Assembly (NCBI GenBank): GCA_963717525.1
Contig: OY970343.1
Coordinates: 768,001 to 832,000 of the forward strand
Direction: 5' to 3'
DNA: 64,000 nt
Source of the DNA: an uncultured Methanoregulaceae archaeon
Lineage (GTDB): Archaea; Halobacteriota; Methanomicrobia; Methanomicrobiales; Methanospirillaceae
Under the pieces are notes generated by a model. It was not told the DNA's origin. It ran no database searches and saw nothing but the letters and a program-made list of their open reading frames with translations. A program made the translations under genes and the position numbers. Position 1 is the stretch's first letter; each line of letters opens with the position of its first letter. Positions 21,771 to 30,605 of the stretch are shown one piece after another.

Positions 21771-22100
21771 CGGAAAATAAGCCCGTGAAACCGTCCGATT
21801 CCATGCGAAACAAATTGGGGGAATTATAGCGCCCTGTTTGCCAAAATACGCCAAAATTTTGCCCCATATCATGCCCATAATCGGGCAATAGCGGCCATCC
21901 GGCAGCCTCTTTTTCCGGGATCGGACGAAAACCCATCCGGGCCTGAGATCGGGCCGTAAAACGCCGATATGCGAACCGTTTATTTCGTCCGTTTGCCAAA
22001 ATACGGCTTATTTAGGCTTGGTTTTAAACGGAGCTCTATACGGGCTCCGATTGGATCCGGAAGGTGCCAATCCGGGCTTAAATCGGGCCCGGATTTGAGG
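21771..22100. repeat. Conserved ~330-bp non-coding element, copy 1
   Basis: Collinear with 52487..52815 at offset 30715 (+/-1); internal repeat GTTTGCCAAAATACG at 21836 and 21991. Confidence 0.85.
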
Positions 22101-22321
22101 GAGAGGTAGTGGGTGGTTGACCACGCTCTTGTGCAGGGCGATCATTTCCGGGAATTGCCGGATCGTGGACCAAACTTTTCTGAAAATCTTCAGCAGTCTG
22201 AGTTGAAGATTTTCCGGAATAATCCATTGTTAACTGTGAATAATGTAAAAACGGAGGAGTATGTGAAAAGAGAAGTTTAACTCTATTATCGTTAATTTTT
22301 TATTAGGTTTTCCTCGACAAA

Positions 22322-22513
22322 CTATTGTTGACTTTTATTCTTTTTATATATATAACGTGTCATTATATAACATGTTGCGTTGTATAATGTTCGGCTAGAT
22401 GCTCTGTGTTTATGCGTTTTATTAATTAAAGTTTCATTGGAACAAGAACGATATTCACATACAATTCTATCCCCTTTTATTGCATCACCATCACCAAAAA
22501 GGGTCTGCGGCAT
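22322..22513 (-). CDS. Small hypothetical protein
   Basis: 63-aa ORF coupled by TAATG overlap to the upstream gene. Confidence 0.35.
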   Translation of the reverse strand: MPQTLFGDGDAIKGDRIVCEYRSCSNETLINKTHKHRASSRTLYNATCYIMTRYIYKKNKSQQ

Positions 22514-23088
22514 TAATGAATTACCTCTAACTCATCATCACTCTGTAATTCATGAACCGCTTTCATTACAGATTCTAAATCAAATCCTAATGCTACTGCA
22601 ATTTCATCGGGATAGAGTCCATCATCATGCGACTTATAATATTCAAGCACTTGTTGTTTTATCTCAACATATGGCAAATCCCTAATTTCTATACAATGAA
22701 TGGTTACGGGATTCCTCTGGTGTTGCTCTAGCTGAAAAACTTTACCTTCCAAGTCTCTTATTTTTGATTGTAATCCTTTAATTATCTCCGATTCAGTGAT
22801 GGGCTTTTTCTTGGAAAAAGAGCGAGTGAAATCCTTTTTAGAATTTACCATGCTAGATAAAGGTGATTGAATTTGCACATCATACCGAGGATACCCTGCA
22901 GATTCTGAAAAAAATGTTGGATTAACATTCAATAAAGAGACTTTCCATTCTTCAGGTACACTCTTAACGGTCTGATCAAACATATACCCAGACATATGCC
23001 CAGACGTATAAACAGTTCCCGAAAAGGGACTTATCGTCATACCCATTGAAAGGGGTTTAATCGCTGAACATTCAGATTTTGTTGTCAT
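22513..23088 (-). CDS. Hypothetical protein with coiled coil and C-terminal winged HTH
   Basis: LYPDEIAVALGFDLESVMKAVHELQSDDELE. Confidence 0.75.
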   Translation of the reverse strand: MTTKSECSAIKPLSMGMTISPFSGTVYTSGHMSGYMFDQTVKSVPEEWKVSLLNVNPTFFSESAGYPRYDVQIQSPLSSMVNSKKDFTRSFSKKKPITESEIIKGLQSKIRDLEGKVFQLEQHQRNPVTIHCIEIRDLPYVEIKQQVLEYYKSHDDGLYPDEIAVALGFDLESVMKAVHELQSDDELEVIH

Positions 23089-23369
23089 GTTTTCGGTTGA
23101 ATTTGTATTTCCCCATAGGCTTTCTCATATGCAATTATTTGATCCCGAATCAATAATGATAACATTTTAGCTGATTGAGGACTCATAATAATATGTCCAA
23201 TATATCGAAATCTGGGATCTTCATTTTCTTCATGAGGTAGTTGAACAGAATGTTCTAAACTAAAGGTAGTTGCACAATATGACATCCGAAAAACATCGGA
23301 ATAGACCAAATTGAATGGATCTTCATCATATGAAATGATAGGTATAGGAACAGCTGGGGGTTCTGGCAT
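23085..23369 (-). CDS. DUF3467-like small protein
   Basis: VYSDVF...IIMSPQSAKML...YEKAYGEI pattern; ATGA-coupled to the HTH gene. Confidence 0.7.
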   Translation of the reverse strand: MPEPPAVPIPIISYDEDPFNLVYSDVFRMSYCATTFSLEHSVQLPHEENEDPRFRYIGHIIMSPQSAKMLSLLIRDQIIAYEKAYGEIQIQPKT

Positions 23370-23405
23370 ATAGGTTTAATTAAATTTTTAAAACTAAAAG
23401 CTTTC

Positions 23406-24365
23406 TTAGTTGAAATCTAGATGCGATGCACCTAATACCGGTCTCTCCTCCATATGACCCATAGGTGCATCCCCGCCAAGCCTCTTCCATACCTTGATAT
23501 TCACATCATACGATGGCGCCTGATACATCACGGTGGGGTCATTCCTCTTTTTACCGGATATAACCGTCTCGATGTGGCAGTATCCCCGCGTCGATTCATG
23601 CGGGTTCATTATCTTTGAGAGTGCCCGGGAGGGTTGGAAGGCTCTCACCCGGTGCCCGACACCCCCAAGCAATACCGGACGGGGAGACAACCAAAGACAG
23701 GTATTAAAAACCACGTCGTATTTAGACCATTCCGCAAGCGCCCCGACACTCGTTTTCCCCACGTAGGACATCGGATAGGCAATAAACGATTTAATGTCCC
23801 GGAAATCGTGAGGCTCTTTTACCTTTATCTTTATTCCGTGTTCAGCGGAGCCCATGCCGAGGTTGTTATTCCAATGGTTTTCCAGTATCCCCACGGTCTT
23901 GTCGGTGGGGCATTCATTGAGAAAATATAGGTTATGTGCGTGAACGTATCCCGATTCCGGATGGCCTTCCAGCATCGCCAGATAGAGGTCGGTTTTGAGG
24001 TATTTCCGCAGCAGGTCTTTGGCCTTATGGTGTGCCTCATGGAATTTCCCCAGGTATGCCATGTGACGAAGTCCACCCTTCTGCGGGGTCTTCGGTGAGG
24101 CATGGGAGCCCGTGAGTGTTACCATCACCGGCTCGAATTCCAATTCAGAGCCGATGCAGATTACCTGCCCACCCTGTAGTGTATCCTTGAGGAAGTCTAT
24201 GAGAGAAGTTCTGTGCATAATATCGAGGTGGGAAAATGGACTGTCCAGGATGAGCGGCACCTGACATTTTGTAGATTTTCTTATTCCTGCCAGAAGCGAC
24301 AGCCAAAGAACAATCCGGTCTCCTCTCGACAAGGTAGGCAAAAAATCGTAATTATCGCGTTTCAA
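23406..24365 (-). pseudogene. Chimera: SMC/DndD-like ABC-ATPase C-terminus fused to HUH rolling-circle Rep
   Basis: LSRGDR signature and PLILDSPFSHLD Walker B/D-loop, then MVTLT (motif I), GYVHAH (motif II), YPMSYVGK (motif III). Confidence 0.75.
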
Positions 24366-24506
24366 ATGAAAGATCCCATTCTCATCAAATTCAATCGAAA
24401 AGTCAGAATCTGTATATTTTCCCTTGAGGGCGGGTCGGGAATCAATATTTTACTATTTTAAAATTATCCAGTCAACCATACATGCGAAAGCACAAGGTAG
24501 TAAATT

Positions 24507-25382
24507 TTAAACTCGCTTTTCCATTCCTGTATCTGTAATCAGGTTCTCAAAGTCTATTGCCGTAGAACTTGAGGTGCATTCTTTTCCGTGGTCCTGTACT
24601 ACGTCCAGCATTTTCTTAAGCATAGTCGGGTAGATTGCACCGACCATTTCGAAGACTGGTTTTCCACTACAAAAAATTTTAAATGTTGGTGTCTGCCTGA
24701 TCCCATAACGCTCGATAATAGACATATTTGTGAGCACATTGAGGTGTCCGAATAAAATCGTCTCATGAAATTCCTTGGCATAGTTCACAACATATGGTTC
24801 AATTTGCCGACAGAAGGGGCATGATGGTGAATAGAACATAACTACGATAGGTCTAGTCTGTTTTTCGATAGTTTCATCCCATAGGATATCTGTCAGTTCA
24901 ACCAAAAGATCTTGGTTTTGAGGGAGGTTCGTATTTTCCTGCTTTAACGGTTCTATATTCAGTGATGCCGGGGCATTTCCGAACTTCGCATCGATCCACC
25001 GGGTGATCTCATCCCTCACGCGGCGGAACCCGGCCCAGATCTCTTCATCCGACCCGGTGAATGCAGCGGGATCTGAAAAACCTTGGTGAATTTCTTCTTT
25101 GGCACCCGGGAAGAACGGGCAGGTGGCCTTTGCCGAATCGCAGACCGTGACGACAATATCAATGTCGGTACTATAGAACTCATCAATAAGTTTCGACCGG
25201 TGCCCGGAAATATCAATCCCGATCTCTTTCATCACCACAATTGCCTTCGGATGGACCTGACCTTTTTCTATCCCGCCACTGAATACTTCATACTGGTCAC
25301 CGTACTTTGCCCTCATATACCCCTCCGCCATCTGGGAGCGGATAGCGTTGTGGGTGCAGATAAACAGGATCTTCTTTTTCAT
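24507..25382 (-). CDS. arsC: Arsenate reductase (LMW-PTP type ArsC) fused to a thioredoxin domain
   Basis: CTHNAIRS (C-x5-R), TVCD...CP, SDPA; then FYSPSCPFC thioredoxin. Confidence 0.88.
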   Translation of the reverse strand: MKKKILFICTHNAIRSQMAEGYMRAKYGDQYEVFSGGIEKGQVHPKAIVVMKEIGIDISGHRSKLIDEFYSTDIDIVVTVCDSAKATCPFFPGAKEEIHQGFSDPAAFTGSDEEIWAGFRRVRDEITRWIDAKFGNAPASLNIEPLKQENTNLPQNQDLLVELTDILWDETIEKQTRPIVVMFYSPSCPFCRQIEPYVVNYAKEFHETILFGHLNVLTNMSIIERYGIRQTPTFKIFCSGKPVFEMVGAIYPTMLKKMLDVVQDHGKECTSSSTAIDFENLITDTGMEKRV

Positions 25383-25412
25383 GATACCAAAATCCCTTTT
25401 TATCGTAGCGAT

Positions 25413-25490
25413 GGGCTGTTGCATCTTCGGTTGGAAGTGGCTTTTTCACCTCGGATAAATTTCCATATAAACCGCAGACGCAATAGAATC
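25413..25490. mobile_element. ~78-bp MITE-like element, copy A
   Basis: Ends GGGCTGTTGCATCT ... AGACGCAATAGAATC; 59/75 identical, ungapped, to 27165..27239. Confidence 0.75.
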
Positions 25491-25491
25491 G

Positions 25492-25986
25492 TTAATTCAT
25501 CTTCTCTTTCCTTTTCATCAGCACTGACTTGACTACTTCAGGATGTCCTTTAGGAGAGACCTTTCGCCAGACATCGGTAATCAATCCTTCCGGGTTGATC
25601 AGGAACGTGTCCCTTGACGTACCCAACACTTCTTTACCGAACAGCGTCGTTGGTTTCCAGGAGTCATAAGCGGTGAGTACCTTGTGATCGGGGTCGCTCA
25701 GAAGAAGGATAGTGAGACTGTATTTATCGGCAAATTTCTGGTGGCTTTCCTGCGAATCAGTGCTCACACCGATGACCTGTGCCCCAAGATCTGCGAATTT
25801 CTCAAGTGCCGCGTTGAACTGCATCGCTTCTATAGTACACCCCGGGGTGTTGTCTCTTGGATAAAAATACAGGACCACCCATTTTCCCCGGAATGTATTA
25901 AGACAGACTGAAGTTCCCTGTGCATCCGGAAGACAGAAATCCGGTGCCGGTTTCCCGACAAATGGGTCTTCTTTCAATTCAGACAT
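25492..25986 (-). CDS. bcp: Peroxiredoxin (BCP/PrxQ, no CxxxxC resolving Cys)
   Basis: APDFCL, VVLYFYPRDNTPGCTIEA, LLSDP. Confidence 0.92.
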   Translation of the reverse strand: MSELKEDPFVGKPAPDFCLPDAQGTSVCLNTFRGKWVVLYFYPRDNTPGCTIEAMQFNAALEKFADLGAQVIGVSTDSQESHQKFADKYSLTILLLSDPDHKVLTAYDSWKPTTLFGKEVLGTSRDTFLINPEGLITDVWRKVSPKGHPEVVKSVLMKRKEKMN

Positions 25987-26354
25987 ACCAATCAAAACCA
26001 TGATTGTTACCGATAGTATTAAAGATGCGTTTGATGCGTATACGGTTGACTGTTAATAAATCACTCCGTAGAAAATATCTTGCAGGAAGGGGTGCAGGGT
26101 GTCATACAGAAATGAGAGTGCTTTTTTCCCATCCGTCTGATAAACGATGGTCTCATCCCCCCGGTCGCATGCTTCGGCTAGTTGAACCATGGTGCTCAAC
26201 ACATGCAAGATCGACCTGATCAGCGAACATGACACGACGCACCCAGCATTTTTTCCTTCAATCATAACTATTGTTATAGTAATTGCATATGAGTGATATT
26301 CTGCCAAGAAAAAAAAAGCAATTGAGGATCATCGTTGCCATTTTCCCGGGGCGC

Positions 26355-26735
26355 TTATGTGGCCGGGTGACTTAGAGCCTTCCTGACAAGATCGAGCAGT
26401 TCCGAGTCAACGAATGGTTTAATGAGAACCCCATCTGGTGCAACATCCCGCATTCGTGCAAGCATCTTCTCTGAAGTATAAGCCGTTACAAAAATCAGGG
26501 GAATCGACCAGTGCTGCCGGATCTTTCGGGCAGTCTCGATTCCGTCAATTGAACCCGCAAGGCCAATATCCATGAGGATGAGATCGGGCAGCGGAGACTT
26601 TTGAAACGCCTTAAGTGCCATTTCTCCGGAATACGCCGGGTCGACGACCCGGTATCCCACATTTTCCAATATCTCGGTTAGATGAAGAGTGATCAGACCT
26701 TCGTCTTCCACTATCAGGACGATTTCGCCGGTCAT
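26355..26735 (-). CDS. Response regulator receiver protein
   Basis: IVLIVEDE, PDLILMDI, DGIETA, VTAY, KPF. Confidence 0.92.
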   Translation of the reverse strand: MTGEIVLIVEDEGLITLHLTEILENVGYRVVDPAYSGEMALKAFQKSPLPDLILMDIGLAGSIDGIETARKIRQHWSIPLIFVTAYTSEKMLARMRDVAPDGVLIKPFVDSELLDLVRKALSHPAT

Positions 26736-26876
26736 ATGTAAGTGATTCTTTACATTATGCAGCCGGATGATAAACACCATACATTTGTCTGCCGGTGGTT
26801 CTGGTGCGGTAGCAAGACTCAAAGAAAACGCCGCCCTCGTCGTAGATATCTGACTAGTATTTAACGAGTCTCGAAG

Positions 26877-27110
26877 ATGCACCAGGACCTGCCGCTTTGC
26901 AATTCCAGCAAAGGCGCCAAGCGGCTATATGAATGGAAAGGCCTTCAAGAAAAAGATGCGATTCCAAGAATTGCGGAAGGGAAGTACCTCAAACTGCTCT
27001 ACGATCTTCATGAACAACGAGGGACGCTCAACGTTGACAAGAATGAACTTGGAAGGAGGATGTGTCCGGATTGCGACCTGCGGGAGCGATGCGAGGAGGA
27101 GAGAACGGTA
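26877..27110 (+). pseudogene. Probable HNH endonuclease C-terminal remnant
   Basis: CNSSKG resembles the C-terminal half of a CxxCN HNH motif; CPDC follows; N-terminus missing. Confidence 0.45.
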
Positions 27111-27161
27111 GAGAAATTGTCAGTATATGTTTGGAAGGGGGGTTTCACTGAAAGGAGAGAC

Positions 27162-27239
27162 GGTCTGTTGCATCTATGTTTGGTAACGGATTTTTCACTT
27201 CGGAAGGATTTGCATATCAACCGCAGATGCAACAGAACC
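27162..27239. mobile_element. ~78-bp MITE-like element, copy B
   Basis: Perfect 12-bp terminal IR TCTGTTGCATCT / AGATGCAACAGA with GG...CC termini. Confidence 0.8.
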
Positions 27240-27411
27240 CCCTCCAGATCCCATTCTCATGGATATTCTTGTCGGTAGGTCGATATTCATTGTTTGCTTC
27301 GTACAGGCTAAAGTTCGATGAAACCTCTCTATGTTTTCGAAAATATTAAAAACATTGAAATTAATCGTAACTTAAAATTTTAAAATTCCCTTAGTGGAGA
27401 GCTGAACAGAA

Positions 27412-30036
27412 TTGGCAAAATCCGACACGATACAACAACCGGCCGCCTTTTCGGATGATGATCAGCATAAAAAACCGATGTTTACCGGAATAACCATCAT
27501 TCCCGGCGCCGTTTCCTGTTTTCTCGGTCTTTTAGGACTCGTCGGTATGTATTTTGGCATTGCTGTATTCCGCAGTATTTTCCCGGGCTATCAGACGATG
27601 GCGTTTAGTACGAGCGTACTTCTGATCCTCTTCGGATTGATCCTGGCAGCCGGTTCGATTCGGCCATTCAAGCCCCGAACGAGTCTCGGGATTCAGATTG
27701 CCATGATATTTATTGTCGTAATTGAGGTAATCGAGCTGCCCCTTAATATCCGAGGCGATCATTTTATCTTCGAATCGCAACTGGTTGGAATCGGGAATGC
27801 CATTGCTGGACAGCCCACGTCCCCTATCTCTCCGTTTACCCTAATCTTGGTAATTCTTTCCTCTGCCGCACTTTTCCTTCTTATGGCAGGGTTGACCTCG
27901 CTCAGGGATACACGAGCCCGGGATATCGCCGGGGTTCTCGGGCTGATCGTTGCGCTAACCGGTTTCACGGTTATACTCAGCTATCTCTATGGAGCTCCCC
28001 TCACGTATGGGGCCGGACTTATCCCGGTTGCAGCCCCGACCGCGCTCGCGTTCCTCGCTGTGGGAATTGGCGTTGTTACCGGTGCTGGTCAGAAGGCGAT
28101 GCCTCTTCGGTATTTCTCCGGGGACTCGATCCGGGTGCTTCTCCTCCGCACATTCCTTCCGCTTACAATCGTTGTAATTCTTGCCGGAACAGGCATAGAA
28201 ATCACCCTTCGTTTTTTCAGTGGTCCGTTCACTGCGGTTCTCACTGGAGCAAGTATCGTCATCTTTTGCCTTATCACGGGTCTGGTCGTCTATCGGGTTT
28301 CCGGCTATGTCGGGAACGTTATTGAAACTGCCCGCCGGGAACAAAGGAAGGCAGAAGAAGATCTCAGGATAAAAAATACCGAACTCGAAGCTGCTTTTGA
28401 AGAGATAACGGCAACAGAAGAGGAACTCAGGCAAAATTATGATGAATTAATAAAGAGTCAGCGTGAGCAGCAACAAGCAGAGGAAGAGATCAAACGCGCA
28501 AACGCGTATAACCGGAGCCTCATCGAAGCAAGTCTCGATCCGCTTGTCACCATCAACCTCGACGGCACTATCAATGATGTAAACGAGGCAACAATCAACG
28601 TTACCGGATTGAGCCGCGAAGGGCTTATCGGTACCGATTTCTCGAACTATTTCACTGAGCCTGAAAAGGCGAAGGCCGGGTACAAGACCGTGTTCCGCGA
28701 CGGGTCTGTGAGAGATTACGAGCTCCGGATTCGAAACCGGAACGGGAAAGTTATCCCGGTTCTCTACAACGCAACCATCTACCAGGATAGCGAGGGGGAG
28801 GTCACCGGGGTCTTTGCCGCTGCACGCGATATTACCGAAAAGAAGAGGGCCGAAGAGGCCCTCCAGAAGGCTCACGACGAGCTCGAAGAGCGGGTAGAAC
28901 AGCGGACCGAAGAACTGAGGCAAAGGAATGAGGAACTGGGCGCGGTCAATGAAGAACTCACTGCCACCCAGGAAGAACTGCGTAAAACAAATGAAACGCT
29001 GTCCGGAAGTGAGGAGCGGTACCGGACCCGGTTCAACGCATTGATTGAAGGGTTCTGCGTTATCGAGATGGTTTTCGATGAGGCTGGAAGACCTGTCGAT
29101 TACCGTTTCCTGGAGATCAACGAGGCTTTTGAAGCGCAAACCGGTTTGCATGATGCGCAGGGGAAGCTGATGCGTGATCTGGCTCCAGATCACGAACAAC
29201 ACTGGTTCGAAATTTACGGAAAAATCGCGGTAACCGGAGAACCGGCACATTTCGAGAATGAAGCGCGAGCATTGAACCGGTGGTATGAAGTACGCGCCTT
29301 CAGGATTGGTGGGCCGGACAGCCGTAAGGTTGCTATTTGTTTCAACGATATTACGGAACGCAAGAAGGCTGAAGAGTCTCTAAAGGAAGCCCTCACAGAA
29401 AAAGAGGTACTGTTAAGCGAAATTCACCACCGGGTCAAGAACAACCTGACAGCGTTCATCTCGCTTCTGAGTCTTGATGGTTCGTATGAGGACACAGAAA
29501 GCGGGCGTGCTCTACGTAAAGACCTCCAAAACCGGGCACGGAGCATGGCCCTTATTCATGAAACCCTGTACCGGACCGGGAATTTTTCAAACGTTGATAT
29601 GGAAGTATATCTGAAGAATCTTGTCAGCCAGGTCGCCAGTTCTTATAGAGAAAGTGAGAGGATCCGTACTGTTGTAGATGTTCATGGTATACCCCTCGAT
29701 ATATCCCGGGCAACCACCGCCGGCTTGATCATCAATGAACTGGTGACCAATTCATTCAAGTACGCATTCCCGCCAGGGTTTGATTGCATAGTGGTTCGGG
29801 GAGAACCCTGTACGATCTGGGTCTCGCTTTCCCACGAGAATGGGACGGACATGCTGACGGTGGCTGATAACGGGTGCGGATTACCGGAAGGGTTCGATCC
29901 CTTTACAACGAAATCGCTTGGCTTAAAACTAGTGAATTTCCTCGCCCGCCACCAGCTCCGGGCTGATATCGAAGTCCGGATGGATAAAGGAACTGAGTTT
30001 ACTTTCCGTTTGAAAAATACCGGGGATTACGCATGA
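27412..30036 (+). CDS. Membrane PAS-PAS sensor histidine kinase (HisKA_2/HATPase)
   Basis: ~8 TMs, coiled coils, two PAS domains (ARDITE, FNDITE), EIHHRVKNNL, NELVTN, DNGCG, SLGL. Confidence 0.93.
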   Translation: MAKSDTIQQPAAFSDDDQHKKPMFTGITIIPGAVSCFLGLLGLVGMYFGIAVFRSIFPGYQTMAFSTSVLLILFGLILAAGSIRPFKPRTSLGIQIAMIFIVVIEVIELPLNIRGDHFIFESQLVGIGNAIAGQPTSPISPFTLILVILSSAALFLLMAGLTSLRDTRARDIAGVLGLIVALTGFTVILSYLYGAPLTYGAGLIPVAAPTALAFLAVGIGVVTGAGQKAMPLRYFSGDSIRVLLLRTFLPLTIVVILAGTGIEITLRFFSGPFTAVLTGASIVIFCLITGLVVYRVSGYVGNVIETARREQRKAEEDLRIKNTELEAAFEEITATEEELRQNYDELIKSQREQQQAEEEIKRANAYNRSLIEASLDPLVTINLDGTINDVNEATINVTGLSREGLIGTDFSNYFTEPEKAKAGYKTVFRDGSVRDYELRIRNRNGKVIPVLYNATIYQDSEGEVTGVFAAARDITEKKRAEEALQKAHDELEERVEQRTEELRQRNEELGAVNEELTATQEELRKTNETLSGSEERYRTRFNALIEGFCVIEMVFDEAGRPVDYRFLEINEAFEAQTGLHDAQGKLMRDLAPDHEQHWFEIYGKIAVTGEPAHFENEARALNRWYEVRAFRIGGPDSRKVAICFNDITERKKAEESLKEALTEKEVLLSEIHHRVKNNLTAFISLLSLDGSYEDTESGRALRKDLQNRARSMALIHETLYRTGNFSNVDMEVYLKNLVSQVASSYRESERIRTVVDVHGIPLDISRATTAGLIINELVTNSFKYAFPPGFDCIVVRGEPCTIWVSLSHENGTDMLTVADNGCGLPEGFDPFTTKSLGLKLVNFLARHQLRADIEVRMDKGTEFTFRLKNTGDYA

Positions 30037-30089
30037 CCGGGGAAACTATCCTGATAGTAGAGGATGAATGCCTAATCGGGTTCTGTTAA
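30033..30089 (+). pseudogene. Truncated response regulator
   Basis: ATGA-coupled MTGETILIVEDECLIG, paralogous to MTGEIVLIVEDEGLI at 26735; cut at the MITE. Confidence 0.8.
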
Positions 30090-30158
30090 CTTGGTGAGGG
30101 ATCGGATATTTTATCAGGTGTTGGAAAATCGATAATCCCTCAACAAGTTAACAGAGCC
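30079..30158. mobile_element. 80-bp MITE-like element, type C
   Basis: 24-bp terminal IR with 2 mismatches: GGTTCTGTTAACTTGGTGAGGGAT / ATCCCTCAACAAGTTAACAGAGCC. Confidence 0.85.
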
Positions 30159-30253
30159 ATTACAATCATTATCGCTGTGAAATTCAATTACGATTGGAAA
30201 GAGATAGAAAACATATTTGAAAAATAAGTGGTGCGATCGTAAAAAAGACTTGA

Positions 30254-30338
30254 TGCGAGGGATGGGATTCGAACCCAAGAACTCCTACGAGACTAGGCCC
30301 TCAACCTAGCGCCTTTGACCTGGCTTGGCTACCCTCGC
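30254..30338 (-). tRNA. tRNA-Leu(GAG)
   Basis: GCGAGGG...CTAGG-TT-GAG-GG-CCTAG, long variable arm, GGTTCGAATCCC, CCCTCGCA. Confidence 0.95.
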
Positions 30339-30605
30339 CCGATAAGAATTACTGCACCGCGACTGCCGCCGGAGGACCCGGCCTGCCTCGCCCTCTGTGC
30401 CATAACAAAAAGGTTGTCTATCTAAAAGAATGTTATGGCCGATTTATCCCCATTTACGTCAGGAAAGGTAGTTTAGGATCACCTGAACGACCGGAATTTC
30501 CGTTGCGGCAGGAAAACGGGAATGCCCTTACCCATTCTTTTGTATACCCTGATGGTGAATATGAAGCATACATGTATATTTTCCTACGTTATACCCGTTG
30601 AACAT

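Larger units (their letters stand above)
22200..30250. mobile_element. Decayed accessory island at the 3' end of tRNA-Leu(GAG)
   Basis: Visibly AT-richer; Rep remnant, HNH remnant, MITEs, truncated genes; no integrase or att duplication seen. Confidence 0.65.

Noticed and set aside
21733..21999. Similar minus-strand ORFs 21733..21999 and 52412..52693 (MG.NF.VFWQ..SDGFTG) as a new protein family
   Set aside because: Similarity follows the DNA blocks, starts and ends differ, homology extends beyond the ORFs, and local 1-nt shifts occur. A non-coding element fits better, though a coding remnant is not fully excluded.
26053..26307. 84-aa ORF between bcp and the response regulator
   Set aside because: No recognisable family or good start; probably a fragment.
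25413..30158. The ~80-bp inverted repeats as integron attC sites
   Set aside because: Ends do not fit RYYYAAC/GTTRRRY, no integron integrase is in the window, and one copy truncates a gene.
22200..30250. Intact provirus or integrative element
   Set aside because: No integrase, capsid/packaging genes or duplicated tRNA 3' end found in the window.
30354..30400. GC-rich imperfect hairpin in the tRNA-Leu leader
   Set aside because: Short interrupted stems in GC-rich DNA could arise by chance; no tRNA or known RNA motif recognised.
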